Positions 38,764 through 49,049 of a stretch of DNA of 64,000 nucleotides are shown here, piece after piece. The stretch comes from Pseudomonadota bacterium (GTDB lineage Bacteria; Pseudomonadota; Gammaproteobacteria; Xanthomonadales; Xanthomonadaceae), in assembly GCA_023430045.1 (NCBI GenBank), contig JAEZCF010000056.1:22116-86115 (forward strand), in the 5' to 3' direction. The translations under genes and the position numbers were made by a program. Numbering within the stretch: the first letter of the stretch is position 1; every line of letters starts with the position of its first letter. Under the pieces are notes generated by a model, which worked only from the letters and a program-made list of their open reading frames with translations, was not told the origin of the DNA and made no database searches.

Positions 38764-39632
38764 CGGTGGTGTCGGTGCCCGTTCCGGACGCGACCGTGGT
38801 GGCCGACGATGTCGCCCGTGCGCTGGCCGAGGATATCGGCAGCGGCGATGTCACGGCGGCCCTGCTGCCCGACACGGCCGATGGCGCCTATCTGCTGTGC
38901 AAGCAGGATGCGGTGATCGCCGGCCAGCCGTGGTTCGACGCCACTCACCGCGCGCTTGATCCGGATGTACGCATTGAATGGAACGTGGCCGATGGCGCGC
39001 GCGTGACAGCTGGAACGGTCCTGGCCCTGCTGCAGGGGCGAAGCCGTGCACTGGTGAGCGCCGAGCGCACATCGCTGAATTTCCTGCAGACGCTGTCGGG
39101 CACGGCAACCACTACCGCTGCGTATGTCGATGCCGTCGCGGGAACAGCAACGCGCATCCTCGATACCCGCAAGACCCTGCCCGGCCTGCGTGCGGCACAG
39201 AAGTACGCGGTGCGCTGCGGTGGCGGCGACAACCATCGGCTTGGCCTGTACGACACGGTGATGCTGAAGGAGAACCACATCCGTGCCGCAGGCTCGCTGG
39301 GCGCTGCGGTGGCTGCGGCACGCGCCATGTGGCCCCGGTTGCCGCTGGTGGTGGAGGTCGAGGACCTGGGCCAGCTGGAAGAGGCGCTGCGGGTGGGTTG
39401 CGAACGTATCCTGCTGGATGATTTCGATGCGTCGGCCCGCCGTGAGGCGGTACGGATCACGGCCGGGCGCATTCCGCTGGAAGTATCCGGCAGTGTCGGC
39501 CTGGACGGACTGCGGGCAATCGCCGAAGACGGCGTGGACTGCATTTCCATCGGCGGGTTGACCAAGCATGTGCAGGCCATCGACCTGTCGTTGAAGCTGG
39601 GCCCGGCACCGGACGCCCGCCTGCCCAGGTAG
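38760..39632 (+). CDS. nadC: Quinolinate phosphoribosyltransferase
   Basis: ALAEDIGSGDVT, LDTRKTLPGLR, NHRLGLYD, LKENHI, ILLDDF. Confidence 0.96.
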   Translation: MTVVSVPVPDATVVADDVARALAEDIGSGDVTAALLPDTADGAYLLCKQDAVIAGQPWFDATHRALDPDVRIEWNVADGARVTAGTVLALLQGRSRALVSAERTSLNFLQTLSGTATTTAAYVDAVAGTATRILDTRKTLPGLRAAQKYAVRCGGGDNHRLGLYDTVMLKENHIRAAGSLGAAVAAARAMWPRLPLVVEVEDLGQLEEALRVGCERILLDDFDASARREAVRITAGRIPLEVSGSVGLDGLRAIAEDGVDCISIGGLTKHVQAIDLSLKLGPAPDARLPR

Positions 39633-39761
39633 AGTCCCCCAGGGAATCGGCAGGCTGGCGCGCCGGCACCACGTGGGCGGATGCCGATCCTGGATCCGGC
39701 TCTACCCACCGTTCACGACGACGCTGCGAGGCTGGGGCCACCCCACAAGACGGAGCGCCGC

Positions 39762-40865
39762 ATGCGCTGGTTGCCATTTGCCTGCCTGCTGCCGCTGTGC
39801 GCGCTGTCGCTGGATGCGGCCGCCGCCGAAGCCTGCGATGTTCCACCGCGTTTCGGCCTGAGCCCGCTGGCGGTGTCGATCCGCAATACGGCCTGCAATG
39901 AGCACCGCCTCTGGTATCGCCCTTTCATCGACCGCGAGGGTCGCGCGGCAAGCCTGGCCGTGACCGAAGCCGAGAATGAAAACCTGGCCGACAACGGCCT
40001 GATCGCATGGCAGCGGGTAGCCGGCTACTGGCGCGAAAGCGGCACGTTGAATGCCCTGGGCAGCCTGCCCGGAGCCAGCAGTTGCATCGCACCGCTGGGT
40101 TCGCGCTACACGGACAGCGACTGCCGCGCGTTCCTCATCGACAACCCGTGGTCCGCTGCCTTCATTTCGTGGGTGATGGTGCGCTCGGGCGTTCCCGGGT
40201 TCAACGCATCACCACGCCACATCGATTACATCCGCCAGGCCTACAACGGCGCGTCGCCGTACCGGCTGACGGATCCGGCAACGGAGAAGCCCGCGCCCGG
40301 CGATCTGCTGTGCTTCCTCCGCGATCGCCGCGAAACGCTCAGCCATGCCGGTCTGGTGCAGGCGCTGGGCAACGGCTCGGTGGGGCACTGGAAATCCCAT
40401 TGCGAGGTCGTTGTGTCGGCCAACATGGGCGGCGACCAGACGCTCTACCTGATCGGCGGCAACGTCATGAACACCGTGGCCATGCGCATGCTGAAGCTGG
40501 ACCGGTCCGGCCGGATCGAACTGCCTGCGGCACGCAGCGCGGAGAGCGACGGCATCGCCGCCATGTGCACGCCAGGACGCGAGGACGAATGCAGTTTCAA
40601 CCGCCAGGACTGGGCGGCACTGTTGAAACTGACGGCGACAGCCAGGGTGCCTGCGCCCGGGATCGAGCCGGTACCCGCCGACCAAGCCGACCATGGGTCG
40701 GCTCTACCAGGTCCCACAACAGGGGTGCCTGCGTCCGGGAGCGGGACGGTACCCGCCAGTCAAGCCGACCGTGGGTCGGCTCTACCAGGTGCTACGAACG
40801 GCGGGCCTGCGCCGGCCTACCGTGGAAACGCCCGTCCAGATGCAGTCCCGACCGGCAGACGGTAA
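39762..40865 (+). CDS. Secreted DUF2272-like (NlpC/P60/CHAP-related) protein with REP-derived tail
   Basis: Signal peptide, PWSAAFISWVM, PGDLLC, SHCEVVV, IGGNV. Confidence 0.75.
   Translation: MRWLPFACLLPLCALSLDAAAAEACDVPPRFGLSPLAVSIRNTACNEHRLWYRPFIDREGRAASLAVTEAENENLADNGLIAWQRVAGYWRESGTLNALGSLPGASSCIAPLGSRYTDSDCRAFLIDNPWSAAFISWVMVRSGVPGFNASPRHIDYIRQAYNGASPYRLTDPATEKPAPGDLLCFLRDRRETLSHAGLVQALGNGSVGHWKSHCEVVVSANMGGDQTLYLIGGNVMNTVAMRMLKLDRSGRIELPAARSAESDGIAAMCTPGREDECSFNRQDWAALLKLTATARVPAPGIEPVPADQADHGSALPGPTTGVPASGSGTVPASQADRGSALPGATNGGPAPAYRGNARPDAVPTGRR
40669..40824. repeat. 78-bp imperfect tandem duplication, each unit holding a REP palindrome, inside a CDS
   Basis: CAAGCCGACC(A/G)TGGGTCGGCTCTACCAGGT at 40683 and 40761. 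Confidence 0.8.
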
Positions 40866-40952
40866 CGCCGATACCCCCCCCTATGCGCCCACGGCTTGAT
40901 CCGCGCGGCAACCACCGCCATCTTGTCGGTATCTTCCTCATCGCGCGCCGCC

Positions 40953-41303
40953 ATGCCTTCCCTGATCCTGTTGATGATTGCCGGCGCCCTCGCCTACGCC
41001 TTCTGGAACTCATCGCGCGCGGCCGCCGAACGGGCCGGCGTGCTGGGGCGCAATGCCTGCCGTGCGGCGGATGTTCAATGGCTGGACCAGAGCGTGCACG
41101 CCATCGGACTGCGGGTGGCGCGCGGCGATGACGGCAAGCTCTGCTTCGAGCGCACCTTCAAGTTCGAATATTCATACGATGGCATGGACCGGCACGTGGG
41201 CCGGATGGTGCTGCGGGGCGACGAACTGGTGTCGTTCACCGGGCCCGGTGCCGCACGCATCAGCGCGATCCGGCCGGACATCGGCGAAGCGGACGATATC
41301 TGA
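40953..41303 (+). CDS. DUF3301-like small membrane protein
   Basis: N-terminal TM helix, ACRAADVQWLDQSV, FEYSYDG..RHVG. Confidence 0.75.
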   Translation: MPSLILLMIAGALAYAFWNSSRAAAERAGVLGRNACRAADVQWLDQSVHAIGLRVARGDDGKLCFERTFKFEYSYDGMDRHVGRMVLRGDELVSFTGPGAARISAIRPDIGEADDI

Positions 41304-41346
41304 GTTGCTGACGGCCGGCAGTACCGGCCGGATGTCCGGCAGCGGG

Positions 41347-41808
41347 TTACTTCACCACGCGCAGCTGCGGGCGGCCCGTGGGACGCGGCGGCGCACCGTC
41401 AGGTGGCGTGTCTTCAGGCGGGGTGGTGTCGTCGTCCACCTCATGGGCCACGTCGTTCTCCGGCACATCTCCGCCGATCACGTCGTCGGGCAATGCCATG
41501 CCCTGTCCGGTCTCGCGTGCGTACACCGCCAGCACCGCGCTGACCGGCACCTGCACTGGGTAACTCACGCCGGAAAAGCGCGCGGAAAAGCTGATGGAAT
41601 CGTTGTCGATCATCAGCCGGGATACCGCCCGCTCGGCGATGTTGAGCACCACGCGGCCATCCTTGATGGATGACGGTGGTACCTGCACACCGGGCACGCC
41701 GGCGTCCACCAGCACGTGCGGCGTCAGCTGGTTGTCGTTGATCCATTCCACCAGCGCACGCAGCAGGTACGGGCGATGGCTGGTCATCCGGAAGAATTCT
41801 TCAGTCAT
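41347..41808 (-). CDS. sspB: ClpXP specificity factor SspB
   Basis: RPYLLRALVEWINDN, FSARFSG, YARETGQG, C-terminal LRVVK ClpX-binding tail. Confidence 0.96.
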   Translation of the reverse strand: MTEEFFRMTSHRPYLLRALVEWINDNQLTPHVLVDAGVPGVQVPPSSIKDGRVVLNIAERAVSRLMIDNDSISFSARFSGVSYPVQVPVSAVLAVYARETGQGMALPDDVIGGDVPENDVAHEVDDDTTPPEDTPPDGAPPRPTGRPQLRVVK

Positions 41809-41890
41809 GTGGGAAGTGTACGCGCACGCACCCGTGTCTGGCACGGGATGCATGCGCGGTGTTCGCGATCGGTTCGGAAAAGAACCCGGC

Positions 41891-42526
41891 TCAGCCCGGC
41901 AGGTCGCGCAGCTTGCGTTCCTGATCGGTCAGGCTGCGCACGAACCCGGGATGCCGGAAGATGCGGTTACCATAATCCTCGATCGGCTTGCCGTCCTTCG
42001 GCAGCGAAACGTCCAGCGCCTTCAGACGCCAGATGATCGGCGCGATGGCGCAGTCGGCCAGGCTCATCTCGCCGTTGAGGAAGAACTTGCTTGCCTTGAA
42101 CAACGGCACCGACGCGGTAAGCAGTTCCTTCAAACGCTTGCGCCCGCTTTCGGCCTGGCTCTTGTTGCCCAGCTGGATCGCCTGCACCTGCGGCACCCAG
42201 TCATGCTCGATGCGCAACATCGCCAGGCGGATGCGTGCGCGCGACAGCGGATCCACCGGCATCAGCGGCGGGTGCGGATAGCGCTCGTCCAGGTATTCGC
42301 TGACCACCGAGGCGGCATACAGCACCAGTTCGCGCTCGACCAGCGTGGGAACCGAGTGATAAGGATTGAGATCGATCAGGTCTTCGGGTGGATTCTGCGG
42401 ATCCACCGGAACGAAATCGTACGTGACACCCTTGGCCGCCAGGACCAGGCGTACACGGTGGCAGAGTACATCGTCGTTCGAGGAAAACAGCGTCAGGGTA
42501 TTACGCATGCGTACGCTCGCCGCCAT
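41891..42526 (-). CDS. sspA: Stringent starvation protein A
   Basis: DLNPYHSVPTLVERELVLY, EYLDERYPHPPLMPVDP; upstream of sspB. Confidence 0.95.
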   Translation of the reverse strand: MAASVRMRNTLTLFSSNDDVLCHRVRLVLAAKGVTYDFVPVDPQNPPEDLIDLNPYHSVPTLVERELVLYAASVVSEYLDERYPHPPLMPVDPLSRARIRLAMLRIEHDWVPQVQAIQLGNKSQAESGRKRLKELLTASVPLFKASKFFLNGEMSLADCAIAPIIWRLKALDVSLPKDGKPIEDYGNRIFRHPGFVRSLTDQERKLRDLPG

Positions 42527-42690
42527 CAAAGGCTCTCCAACGACAGGAGTCCGCCTGCCGCATCGGCGCTGCCGGACCATTTCCGACAGTCGACTCATCC
42601 CCGAGTGTGCAACCGGCGATCACAAAAGCCAATAGGCCAGGGGTATGGGAAATCATGCCGATGAACGTGCTGCAGGGCTGTCGGGATACG

Positions 42691-43440
42691 TCAATGCACG
42701 TCCTTCCAGTAGTCTTTCTTCAGCAGGTACAGCAGGAAGGTGAGCAGCGCGAGGAACAGCACCACCCACACACCCAGCTGCTGGCGCTTGAGCGCGGCGG
42801 GTTCTCCGGCATAGGCCAGGAAGTTGGTGATGTCGCGAACGGCCTGATCGTATTGACCCGCATCGACACCGCCCGGCGTACGCACTTCCAGCGCCAGCAC
42901 CGGCGGATCCAGTCCTTCCGCTTCGGGTTTGCCGAACACCGCGTGCTGCAGTCCCTGCATCTGCCATAGCGGATTGGGCATGGATGCGTTGGGGAACACC
43001 GTATTGTTCCAGCCCAGCGGACGGTTGCTGTCCAGGTAGAACGACTTCAGATAGGTGTAGACCCAGTCCGGGCCACGTACCCGCGAGATCAGGCTGAGAT
43101 CCGGCGGCATCTTGCCGAACCATTTCTCGGCCTGGTCGGCCGGCATCGACACCGGTATCGGATCACCGATGGCCACGCCGGTGAAGTTGAGGTTGTTCAT
43201 CACCTCTTCCTCGGTCAGCCCGAGGTCGGCGGCCATCCGCGAATAGCGCAGGTATTTCAGCGCATGGCAGCCGGAGCAGTAGTTCATGTACAGCTGGGCA
43301 CCGCGCTGCAGCGACGCACGGTCGCCGAGATCGTTACCCGCCTGCATCAGCTTCGCGCTGCCTTCGGCCGCCAGTGCGAAGCCGCTTGCCAGCATCATGG
43401 TGGCCGCGAGGGCCAATCGGACCATCCAGCGCTCAGTCAT
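42691..43440 (-). CDS. petC: Cytochrome c1
   Basis: SLQRGAQLY, CSGCH heme motif, PPDLSL, C-terminal TM anchor. Confidence 0.96.
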   Translation of the reverse strand: MTERWMVRLALAATMMLASGFALAAEGSAKLMQAGNDLGDRASLQRGAQLYMNYCSGCHALKYLRYSRMAADLGLTEEEVMNNLNFTGVAIGDPIPVSMPADQAEKWFGKMPPDLSLISRVRGPDWVYTYLKSFYLDSNRPLGWNNTVFPNASMPNPLWQMQGLQHAVFGKPEAEGLDPPVLALEVRTPGGVDAGQYDQAVRDITNFLAYAGEPAALKRQQLGVWVVLFLALLTFLLYLLKKDYWKDVH

Positions 43441-44692
43441 GCGTGGTCACCCTTTCCGGCACCGGTCTGGTCCTGTCCAAGCTCGTCCATATCGGCATGG
43501 TGATGAAGAAGGCGAAATACAGGAAGGTCAGCACGCGGCCTACCCAGGTTTCCCAGACGGCGGTACCCGGCCCGGAACCGATCACGCCCAGCCAGACGAA
43601 GCACACCACCAGCACGCCCAGCATGACCCTGGATATCCAGCCACGATAGCGCACCGATTTGACCTTGGCGCGGTCCAGCCAGGGCACCAGGAACAGGATG
43701 GCGATGGCCGAGAACATCACGATCACGCCACCCAGCTTGTTCGGCACCACGCGCAACATGGCGTAGTAAGGCGTGTAGTACCAGACCGGCTTGATGTGTT
43801 CCGGGGTGACCAGCCGGTTGGCTTCGGTGAAGTTGTCGTGTTCCAGGAACAGGCCACCGAAGGCCGGTGCGAAGAAGATGATGAAGGCGGCGATGATCAG
43901 CAGGAAACCGGCCCCGACGGCATCCTTCATCGTGTAATACGGGTGGAACGGGATGCCGTCGGCCGGCGCGTTCGGCGACCAGCGGTTGCCCTTCGGCCCC
44001 TTCTTGATCTCCACGCCATCCGGATTGTTCGAGCCGACTTCGTGCAGCGCGCCCAGGTGCAGGACCACCAGCAGCAGCAGCACCAGCGGCAGGGCGATCA
44101 CGTGCAGGGCGAAGAAGCGATTGAGGGTGGCATCGCTGGGCAGGTAGTCGCCCATGATCCATTCGGTGAGGCCGTTGCCGATCACCGGAATGGCACCGAA
44201 CAGCGAGATGATCACCTTCGCGCCCCAGAACGACATCTGGCCCCACGGCAGCACGTAGCCCATGAAGGCTTCGGCCATCAGCACCAGGTAGATCAGCATG
44301 CCGAGGATCCACACCAGCTCGCGCGGCTTCTGGTAACTGCCGTACAGCAGGCCGCGGAACATGTGCAGGTAGACCACGATGAAGAACAGCGAGGCCCCGG
44401 TGGAATGCATGTAGCGGATCAGCCAGCCCCACTCCACGTCCCGCATGATGTATTCAATGGACGCGAACGCTTCGGCGGCGTTGGTCTTGTAATGCATCGT
44501 GAGGAAGATGCCGGTCACGATCTGATTGACCAGGATCAGCAGCGCCAGCGAACCGAAGTAGTACCAGATGTTGAAGTTCTTCGGCGCGTAGTACTCGCTC
44601 ACGTGCTTGCGGTAGACCGGCATCAGGCCGGGCGCGCGCGCGTTGACCCAGTCGGCGACGCCGCTGGCTGTGCGTACCAGGATGTTGGCCAT
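43433..44692 (-). CDS. petB: Cytochrome b
   Basis: WLIRYMHSTGAS, GYVLPWGQMSFW, HIKPVWY. Confidence 0.97.
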   Translation of the reverse strand: MANILVRTASGVADWVNARAPGLMPVYRKHVSEYYAPKNFNIWYYFGSLALLILVNQIVTGIFLTMHYKTNAAEAFASIEYIMRDVEWGWLIRYMHSTGASLFFIVVYLHMFRGLLYGSYQKPRELVWILGMLIYLVLMAEAFMGYVLPWGQMSFWGAKVIISLFGAIPVIGNGLTEWIMGDYLPSDATLNRFFALHVIALPLVLLLLVVLHLGALHEVGSNNPDGVEIKKGPKGNRWSPNAPADGIPFHPYYTMKDAVGAGFLLIIAAFIIFFAPAFGGLFLEHDNFTEANRLVTPEHIKPVWYYTPYYAMLRVVPNKLGGVIVMFSAIAILFLVPWLDRAKVKSVRYRGWISRVMLGVLVVCFVWLGVIGSGPGTAVWETWVGRVLTFLYFAFFITMPIWTSLDRTRPVPERVTTHD

Positions 44693-45312
44693 CAGGCTGC
44701 CCCCTCCGGATCCACGCCGATGATGATGGTGGTGTCGTCCTGGTAGTGATGCGGCGGCACCAGCAGGTTGATCGGCGCCGGCACGTCCTTGAACACCCGT
44801 CCGGCCATGTCGAAGCGCGACTTGTGGCAGGGGCAGAAATAACCGCCCTTCCATTGCGCGTCGTAGGGTTCGGGACGGATCTCGGCGACCATTTCCGGCG
44901 AGCAGCCCAGGTGCGTGCACAGGCCGACCAGCACCGACACATCGGCCTTGATGGAACGCAGCTCAGGGTTGTCCTTCAGGACGTACTCCGGCTGCTGGTC
45001 CTTGACCCCGGACGCGGGATCCTTGAGCCGGTCGTCGAGGCTGGGCAGCGCATCAAGAATGGCCTTGGAGCGCTTGACGATCCAGATGGGCTGGCCGCGC
45101 CACTCCAGGATGAGCCGCTGGCCTTCCTGCAATGCGCTGATGTCCGCGGATATGGGTGCGCCGGCCAGTTTGGCGCGCGCACTGGGATTCCAGGACTTGA
45201 TGAAGGGAACAGCGGTGAAACCGACGCCTACCGCGCCGACCACGGCAGTGGTGGCGGAAAGAAAACGGCGACGTCCATGGTTGACTGGATCGTATACCCC
45301 ATCGTTGGCCAT
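44692..45312 (-). CDS. petA: Rieske iron-sulfur subunit of the bc1 complex
   Basis: Tat motif RRRFL, CTHLGC and CPCH boxes. Confidence 0.97.
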   Translation of the reverse strand: MANDGVYDPVNHGRRRFLSATTAVVGAVGVGFTAVPFIKSWNPSARAKLAGAPISADISALQEGQRLILEWRGQPIWIVKRSKAILDALPSLDDRLKDPASGVKDQQPEYVLKDNPELRSIKADVSVLVGLCTHLGCSPEMVAEIRPEPYDAQWKGGYFCPCHKSRFDMAGRVFKDVPAPINLLVPPHHYQDDTTIIIGVDPEGAA

Positions 45313-45517
45313 CCGGCACTCCGATATTGATTAGGTAGCTTTACGGCTGCCAACAGTCTGGTGGGGGCCAGGCTGCGTTGAATCTGAAGCGAGTGTAACG
45401 GAACCTCCGCAGCGGTCAACGGGCGCGCCATCGCAGGCGTGGCCGGATGTCGACCATTGGCTGCCTGGTGATGGTGCGCGGCGCGGGCGGCGGTTCATGC
45501 CGGCCAGCAGGCAGGTA

Positions 45518-46501
45518 TTACGGCGCACCCGCCACGGTCGCCACCGTTGCCGATGCGCCGCGGTACCGCTCGGCCAGCTGCGCGACGCGCTGCACGTAGT
45601 AGCGTGTTTCGCTGTAGGGCGGCACGCCACCGTGCCGGTCCACCGCACCCTCGCCCGCGTTGTAGCCGGCTGCGGCCAGGGTGAGGTCACCATTGAAGCG
45701 CTTCAGCAGCCAGGCCAGGTACTGCACGCCGCCGCGGATGTTCTGCGCTGCGTCATAGGAGTCGGTCACGCCAAAGCGTGCTGCTGTCGGCGGCATCAGC
45801 TGCATCAGCCCCTGCGCGCCGGCGCGGCTCAGCGCCATCGGGTTGTACGCCGATTCGGCATGGATGATCGCGCGCACGATCGCCTCTTCCACGCCGTACT
45901 GCCGCGCGGCAGCGGTGATCTCGGACTGGAAGGCCGTGGTGTTCAGACGCACCGAACCGAAGTTCACGCCCGGATTGGTGCCGCAGGCGAAGCAGCGCTC
46001 GATGAAGCTGTAGTGGATGGTGCGTACCTGGCCGAGGCTGGCGACCTGGGTGGGGCGTGCGCTGGTGTAATGGCGCACCCCGTCCTTCATGTATGCGTAG
46101 ACCTGTCCATTGACCCTCTTGCCCGCCTTGGCCGGCGGAGACGGGGCAGCCGCCGGAAGGATGGCCGTGCTGCCAGGCAGCGTCGCCGCAGCTGGCGTGG
46201 GCGATGCGGGGACGGGTTCGCCGCTGGCGACCGCCGTGGACACGGGGGCCTCCGTACTGACGGAGCCAGCAACGGGCGCCGGGACCTTCGTCCGCGGTGG
46301 CGGTGCGATGGATGCGGCCGGACGCGAACGGCCCGCCTCGTGCCGGTAGCTGATGCCGCTGCACTGCGCGCCGGCCACCCGCTTGCTCACATAACTGGGA
46401 ATGCCGTCGGCGCCGACGCACTTGTACAGCGTACCGGCGCTGGCCGGCGCAGCAGCCAGCGCAACGATGACGATCGCCGCTTTCCCCAGAATCCCCTTCA
46501 T
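45518..46501 (-). CDS. Secreted lytic transglycosylase (SLT domain)
   Basis: Signal peptide, IIHAESAYNP, GAQGLMQLMP, AGYNAGEG, ETRYYV. Confidence 0.9.
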   Translation of the reverse strand: MKGILGKAAIVIVALAAAPASAGTLYKCVGADGIPSYVSKRVAGAQCSGISYRHEAGRSRPAASIAPPPRTKVPAPVAGSVSTEAPVSTAVASGEPVPASPTPAAATLPGSTAILPAAAPSPPAKAGKRVNGQVYAYMKDGVRHYTSARPTQVASLGQVRTIHYSFIERCFACGTNPGVNFGSVRLNTTAFQSEITAAARQYGVEEAIVRAIIHAESAYNPMALSRAGAQGLMQLMPPTAARFGVTDSYDAAQNIRGGVQYLAWLLKRFNGDLTLAAAGYNAGEGAVDRHGGVPPYSETRYYVQRVAQLAERYRGASATVATVAGAP

Positions 46502-46656
46502 GGGCGCGAGTGTCCCAGCTTCACACGGCGGACACAAGCCGGAGTCTGGATCGGGGCCGGAACCAGGACGATGCTGTCAACGAAGTCTCCCGGACCCGTT
46601 CACCCAGGACGGCCATTCGGTCACCATGGGGGCCTTCACGCCACCGGATGTCCGCC

Positions 46657-47274
46657 ATGAGCCGCCACGTCACGCTGTATCACGCCTCCCCGTCGCGCTC
46701 CAGCGGCGTGCTGACCCTGCTGGAAGCGCTCGCCGCGGACTATTCGCTGAAGGTGCTGGACCTCAAGCGGGGCGACAATCTGGCGCCGGACTATCTGGCC
46801 GTGAATCCGATGGGCAAGGTGCCTGCCGTGCTGCATGGCGATGCGCTGGTCACCGAGCAACCGGCCATCTACCAGTACCTTGCAGAGCTGTATCCGGAAG
46901 CCGGCCTGGCACCTGCGGTCGGCGATACCATGCGCGGGCCGTTCCTGCGCTGGCTGGCGTTCCATGGCACCTGCTTCGAACCGGCGATGATCGACAAGGC
47001 CTTGAAGCGCGAGCCGGTGCCGCGGGGAATGTCGCCCTATGTGGACGCCGACACCGTGCTGCAGGTGGTTGAAGACCAGCTGGCGCGCGGCCCGTACTTC
47101 CTGGGTGAACGGCTGAGCGCGGTGGATTTCCTGTGGGGCAGCGCGCTGGGCTGGATGGCCGGCTTCGGGCTGATCCAGCCCGGCCCGGCGACGGCCGCCT
47201 ACATCGCGCGGATGGCTGCACACCCGGCCGTGGCGCGAGCGAGGGAGATCGAGGCCGGACTGGCGGCCGCCTGA
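46657..47274 (+). CDS. Glutathione S-transferase family protein
   Basis: NPMGKVPAV, TEQPAIYQYL, YFLGERLSAVD. Confidence 0.9.
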   Translation: MSRHVTLYHASPSRSSGVLTLLEALAADYSLKVLDLKRGDNLAPDYLAVNPMGKVPAVLHGDALVTEQPAIYQYLAELYPEAGLAPAVGDTMRGPFLRWLAFHGTCFEPAMIDKALKREPVPRGMSPYVDADTVLQVVEDQLARGPYFLGERLSAVDFLWGSALGWMAGFGLIQPGPATAAYIARMAAHPAVARAREIEAGLAAA

Positions 47275-47373
47275 CCTGCTGGCGATCCGGGCAGCGCCTC
47301 GCCGTGCTCGGCGATATCCAGTGCAAACAGGTAAACTACGCCGCTTTCCCGCCACCCGCCTGGAATAATCGCC

Positions 47374-48792
47374 ATGACCGGGACGCCAGACGTCTTCCCC
47401 CCCGTCGCCCAGGGCGACACCCGCATCGTTCCGCTGCCCAGCGGTCCGCGCAGACCCGACCAGGTGCGTGGAAAGCTCTACATCAAGACCCACGGTTGCC
47501 AGATGAACGAGTACGACTCGGCCCGTATGGCCGACGTGCTTGCCGACAGCGAAGGGCTGGAGCTGACCGACAACCCCGAAGAAGCCGACGTGGTGCTGGT
47601 CAATACCTGCTCCATCCGCGAGAAGGCCCAGGAAAAGGTCTTCAGCCAGCTCGGCCGCTGGAAGGCGCTGAAGAACAACGGCCGCGACGTCATCATCGGC
47701 GTGGGCGGCTGCGTGGCTTCGCAGGAAGGCGAAGCCATCGTCAAGCGCGCCCCCTACGTGGACCTGGTGTTCGGCCCGCAGACCCTGCATCGCCTGCCGG
47801 AGCTGATCCGCGCCCGGCGCGAGCAGAACCGCCCGCAGGTCGACATCAGCTTCCCGGAGATCGAGAAGTTCGACCGCATGCCCGAACCCCGCGCGGAAGG
47901 TGCGTCGGCGTTCGTGTCCATCATGGAAGGCTGTTCAAAGTACTGCTCGTTCTGCGTGGTGCCGTATACGCGCGGCACCGAGGTCAGCCGTCCGTTCGAG
48001 GACGTGCTGGTGGAAGTGGCGCAGCTGGCGTCCCAAGGCGTGCGCGAGATCAACCTGCTCGGCCAGAACGTCAATGCCTACCGGGGTCCCTACGGTGACG
48101 GCGAACATGCGGACCTTGGGCTTCTCATCCGTACCATCGCCGAGATCGACGGCATCGGGCGGATCCGCTTCACCACGTCGCACCCGCTGGAATTCAGCGA
48201 TTCTCTGGTGGATGCCTACCGCGACGTGCCACAGCTGGCCAACTTTCTGCACCTGCCGGTGCAGGCCGGCAGCGACCGCATCCTGTCGGCGATGAAACGT
48301 GGCTACACCGCGCTGGAGTTCAAGGCGAAGATCCGCAAGCTGCGCGCGGTCCGTCCGGACATTTCGATCAGCTCGGATTTCATCGTCGGGTTCCCCGGCG
48401 AGACCGACGCCGATTTCGAGAAGACCATGAAGCTGATCGAGGACGTGGGCTTCGACCAGAGCTTTTCCTTCATCTATTCGCGTCGTCCCGGTACTCCGGC
48501 GGCCGACCTGGAAGACACGATCAGCGATGCAGAGAAGCATGCACGGCTTTCGCGCCTGCAGGCACGCATCAACCAGCATGCGGCGGAAATTTCCGAGCGG
48601 ATGGTGGGCAGCGTGCAGACCGTGCTGGTGGAAGGACCCTCGCGCAGGAATTCCAACGAACTGACCGGCAAGACGGAGAACATGCGCTCGGTGAATTTCC
48701 CGGCGCCTGCGCGGCTGATCGGCCAGTTCGTGGACGTGGTGATCACCGAAGCCCTGAGCAATTCGCTGCGCGGACGCGTGGTGGAGCGCTGA
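47374..48792 (+). CDS. miaB: tRNA 2-methylthio-N6-isopentenyladenosine synthase MiaB
   Basis: [11 protein letters not shown], radical [25 protein letters not shown] domain. Confidence 0.97.
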   Translation: MTGTPDVFPPVAQGDTRIVPLPSGPRRPDQVRGKLYIKTHGCQMNEYDSARMADVLADSEGLELTDNPEEADVVLVNTCSIREKAQEKVFSQLGRWKALKNNGRDVIIGVGGCVASQEGEAIVKRAPYVDLVFGPQTLHRLPELIRARREQNRPQVDISFPEIEKFDRMPEPRAEGASAFVSIMEGCSKYCSFCVVPYTRGTEVSRPFEDVLVEVAQLASQGVREINLLGQNVNAYRGPYGDGEHADLGLLIRTIAEIDGIGRIRFTTSHPLEFSDSLVDAYRDVPQLANFLHLPVQAGSDRILSAMKRGYTALEFKAKIRKLRAVRPDISISSDFIVGFPGETDADFEKTMKLIEDVGFDQSFSFIYSRRPGTPAADLEDTISDAEKHARLSRLQARINQHAAEISERMVGSVQTVLVEGPSRRNSNELTGKTENMRSVNFPAPARLIGQFVDVVITEALSNSLRGRVVER

Positions 48793-48900
48793 CCAGGCCC
48801 ATGCGGTTGGCACGCATGCGCGTGTCCAGCTACCGACGCCCGGCCTGGCGCATTTTTCACCACGGCTTAATACCCCTTGCGGCACAGGTGCCGCGAGGCA

Positions 48901-48946
48901 TTATCCACAGGCTTTGCGCGCGATCACCCACACCCTGTGTGGAGAA
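48901..48946. promoter_or_regulatory. Cluster of DnaA-box-like 9-mers
   Basis: Perfect TTATCCACA at 48901-48909, TCACCCACA at 48924-48932, inverted TGTGGAGAA at 48938-48946. Confidence 0.5.
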
Positions 48947-49049
48947 CGCAGCGTCTGCCGGACCGGCGCTGGTCGTGCAGGCCACGCGCGCGCTAACCTT
49001 GTCGTCCCTGGAGCCGTAACGGGCAGGCACTGCCTGTCCTTCTGCAAAC

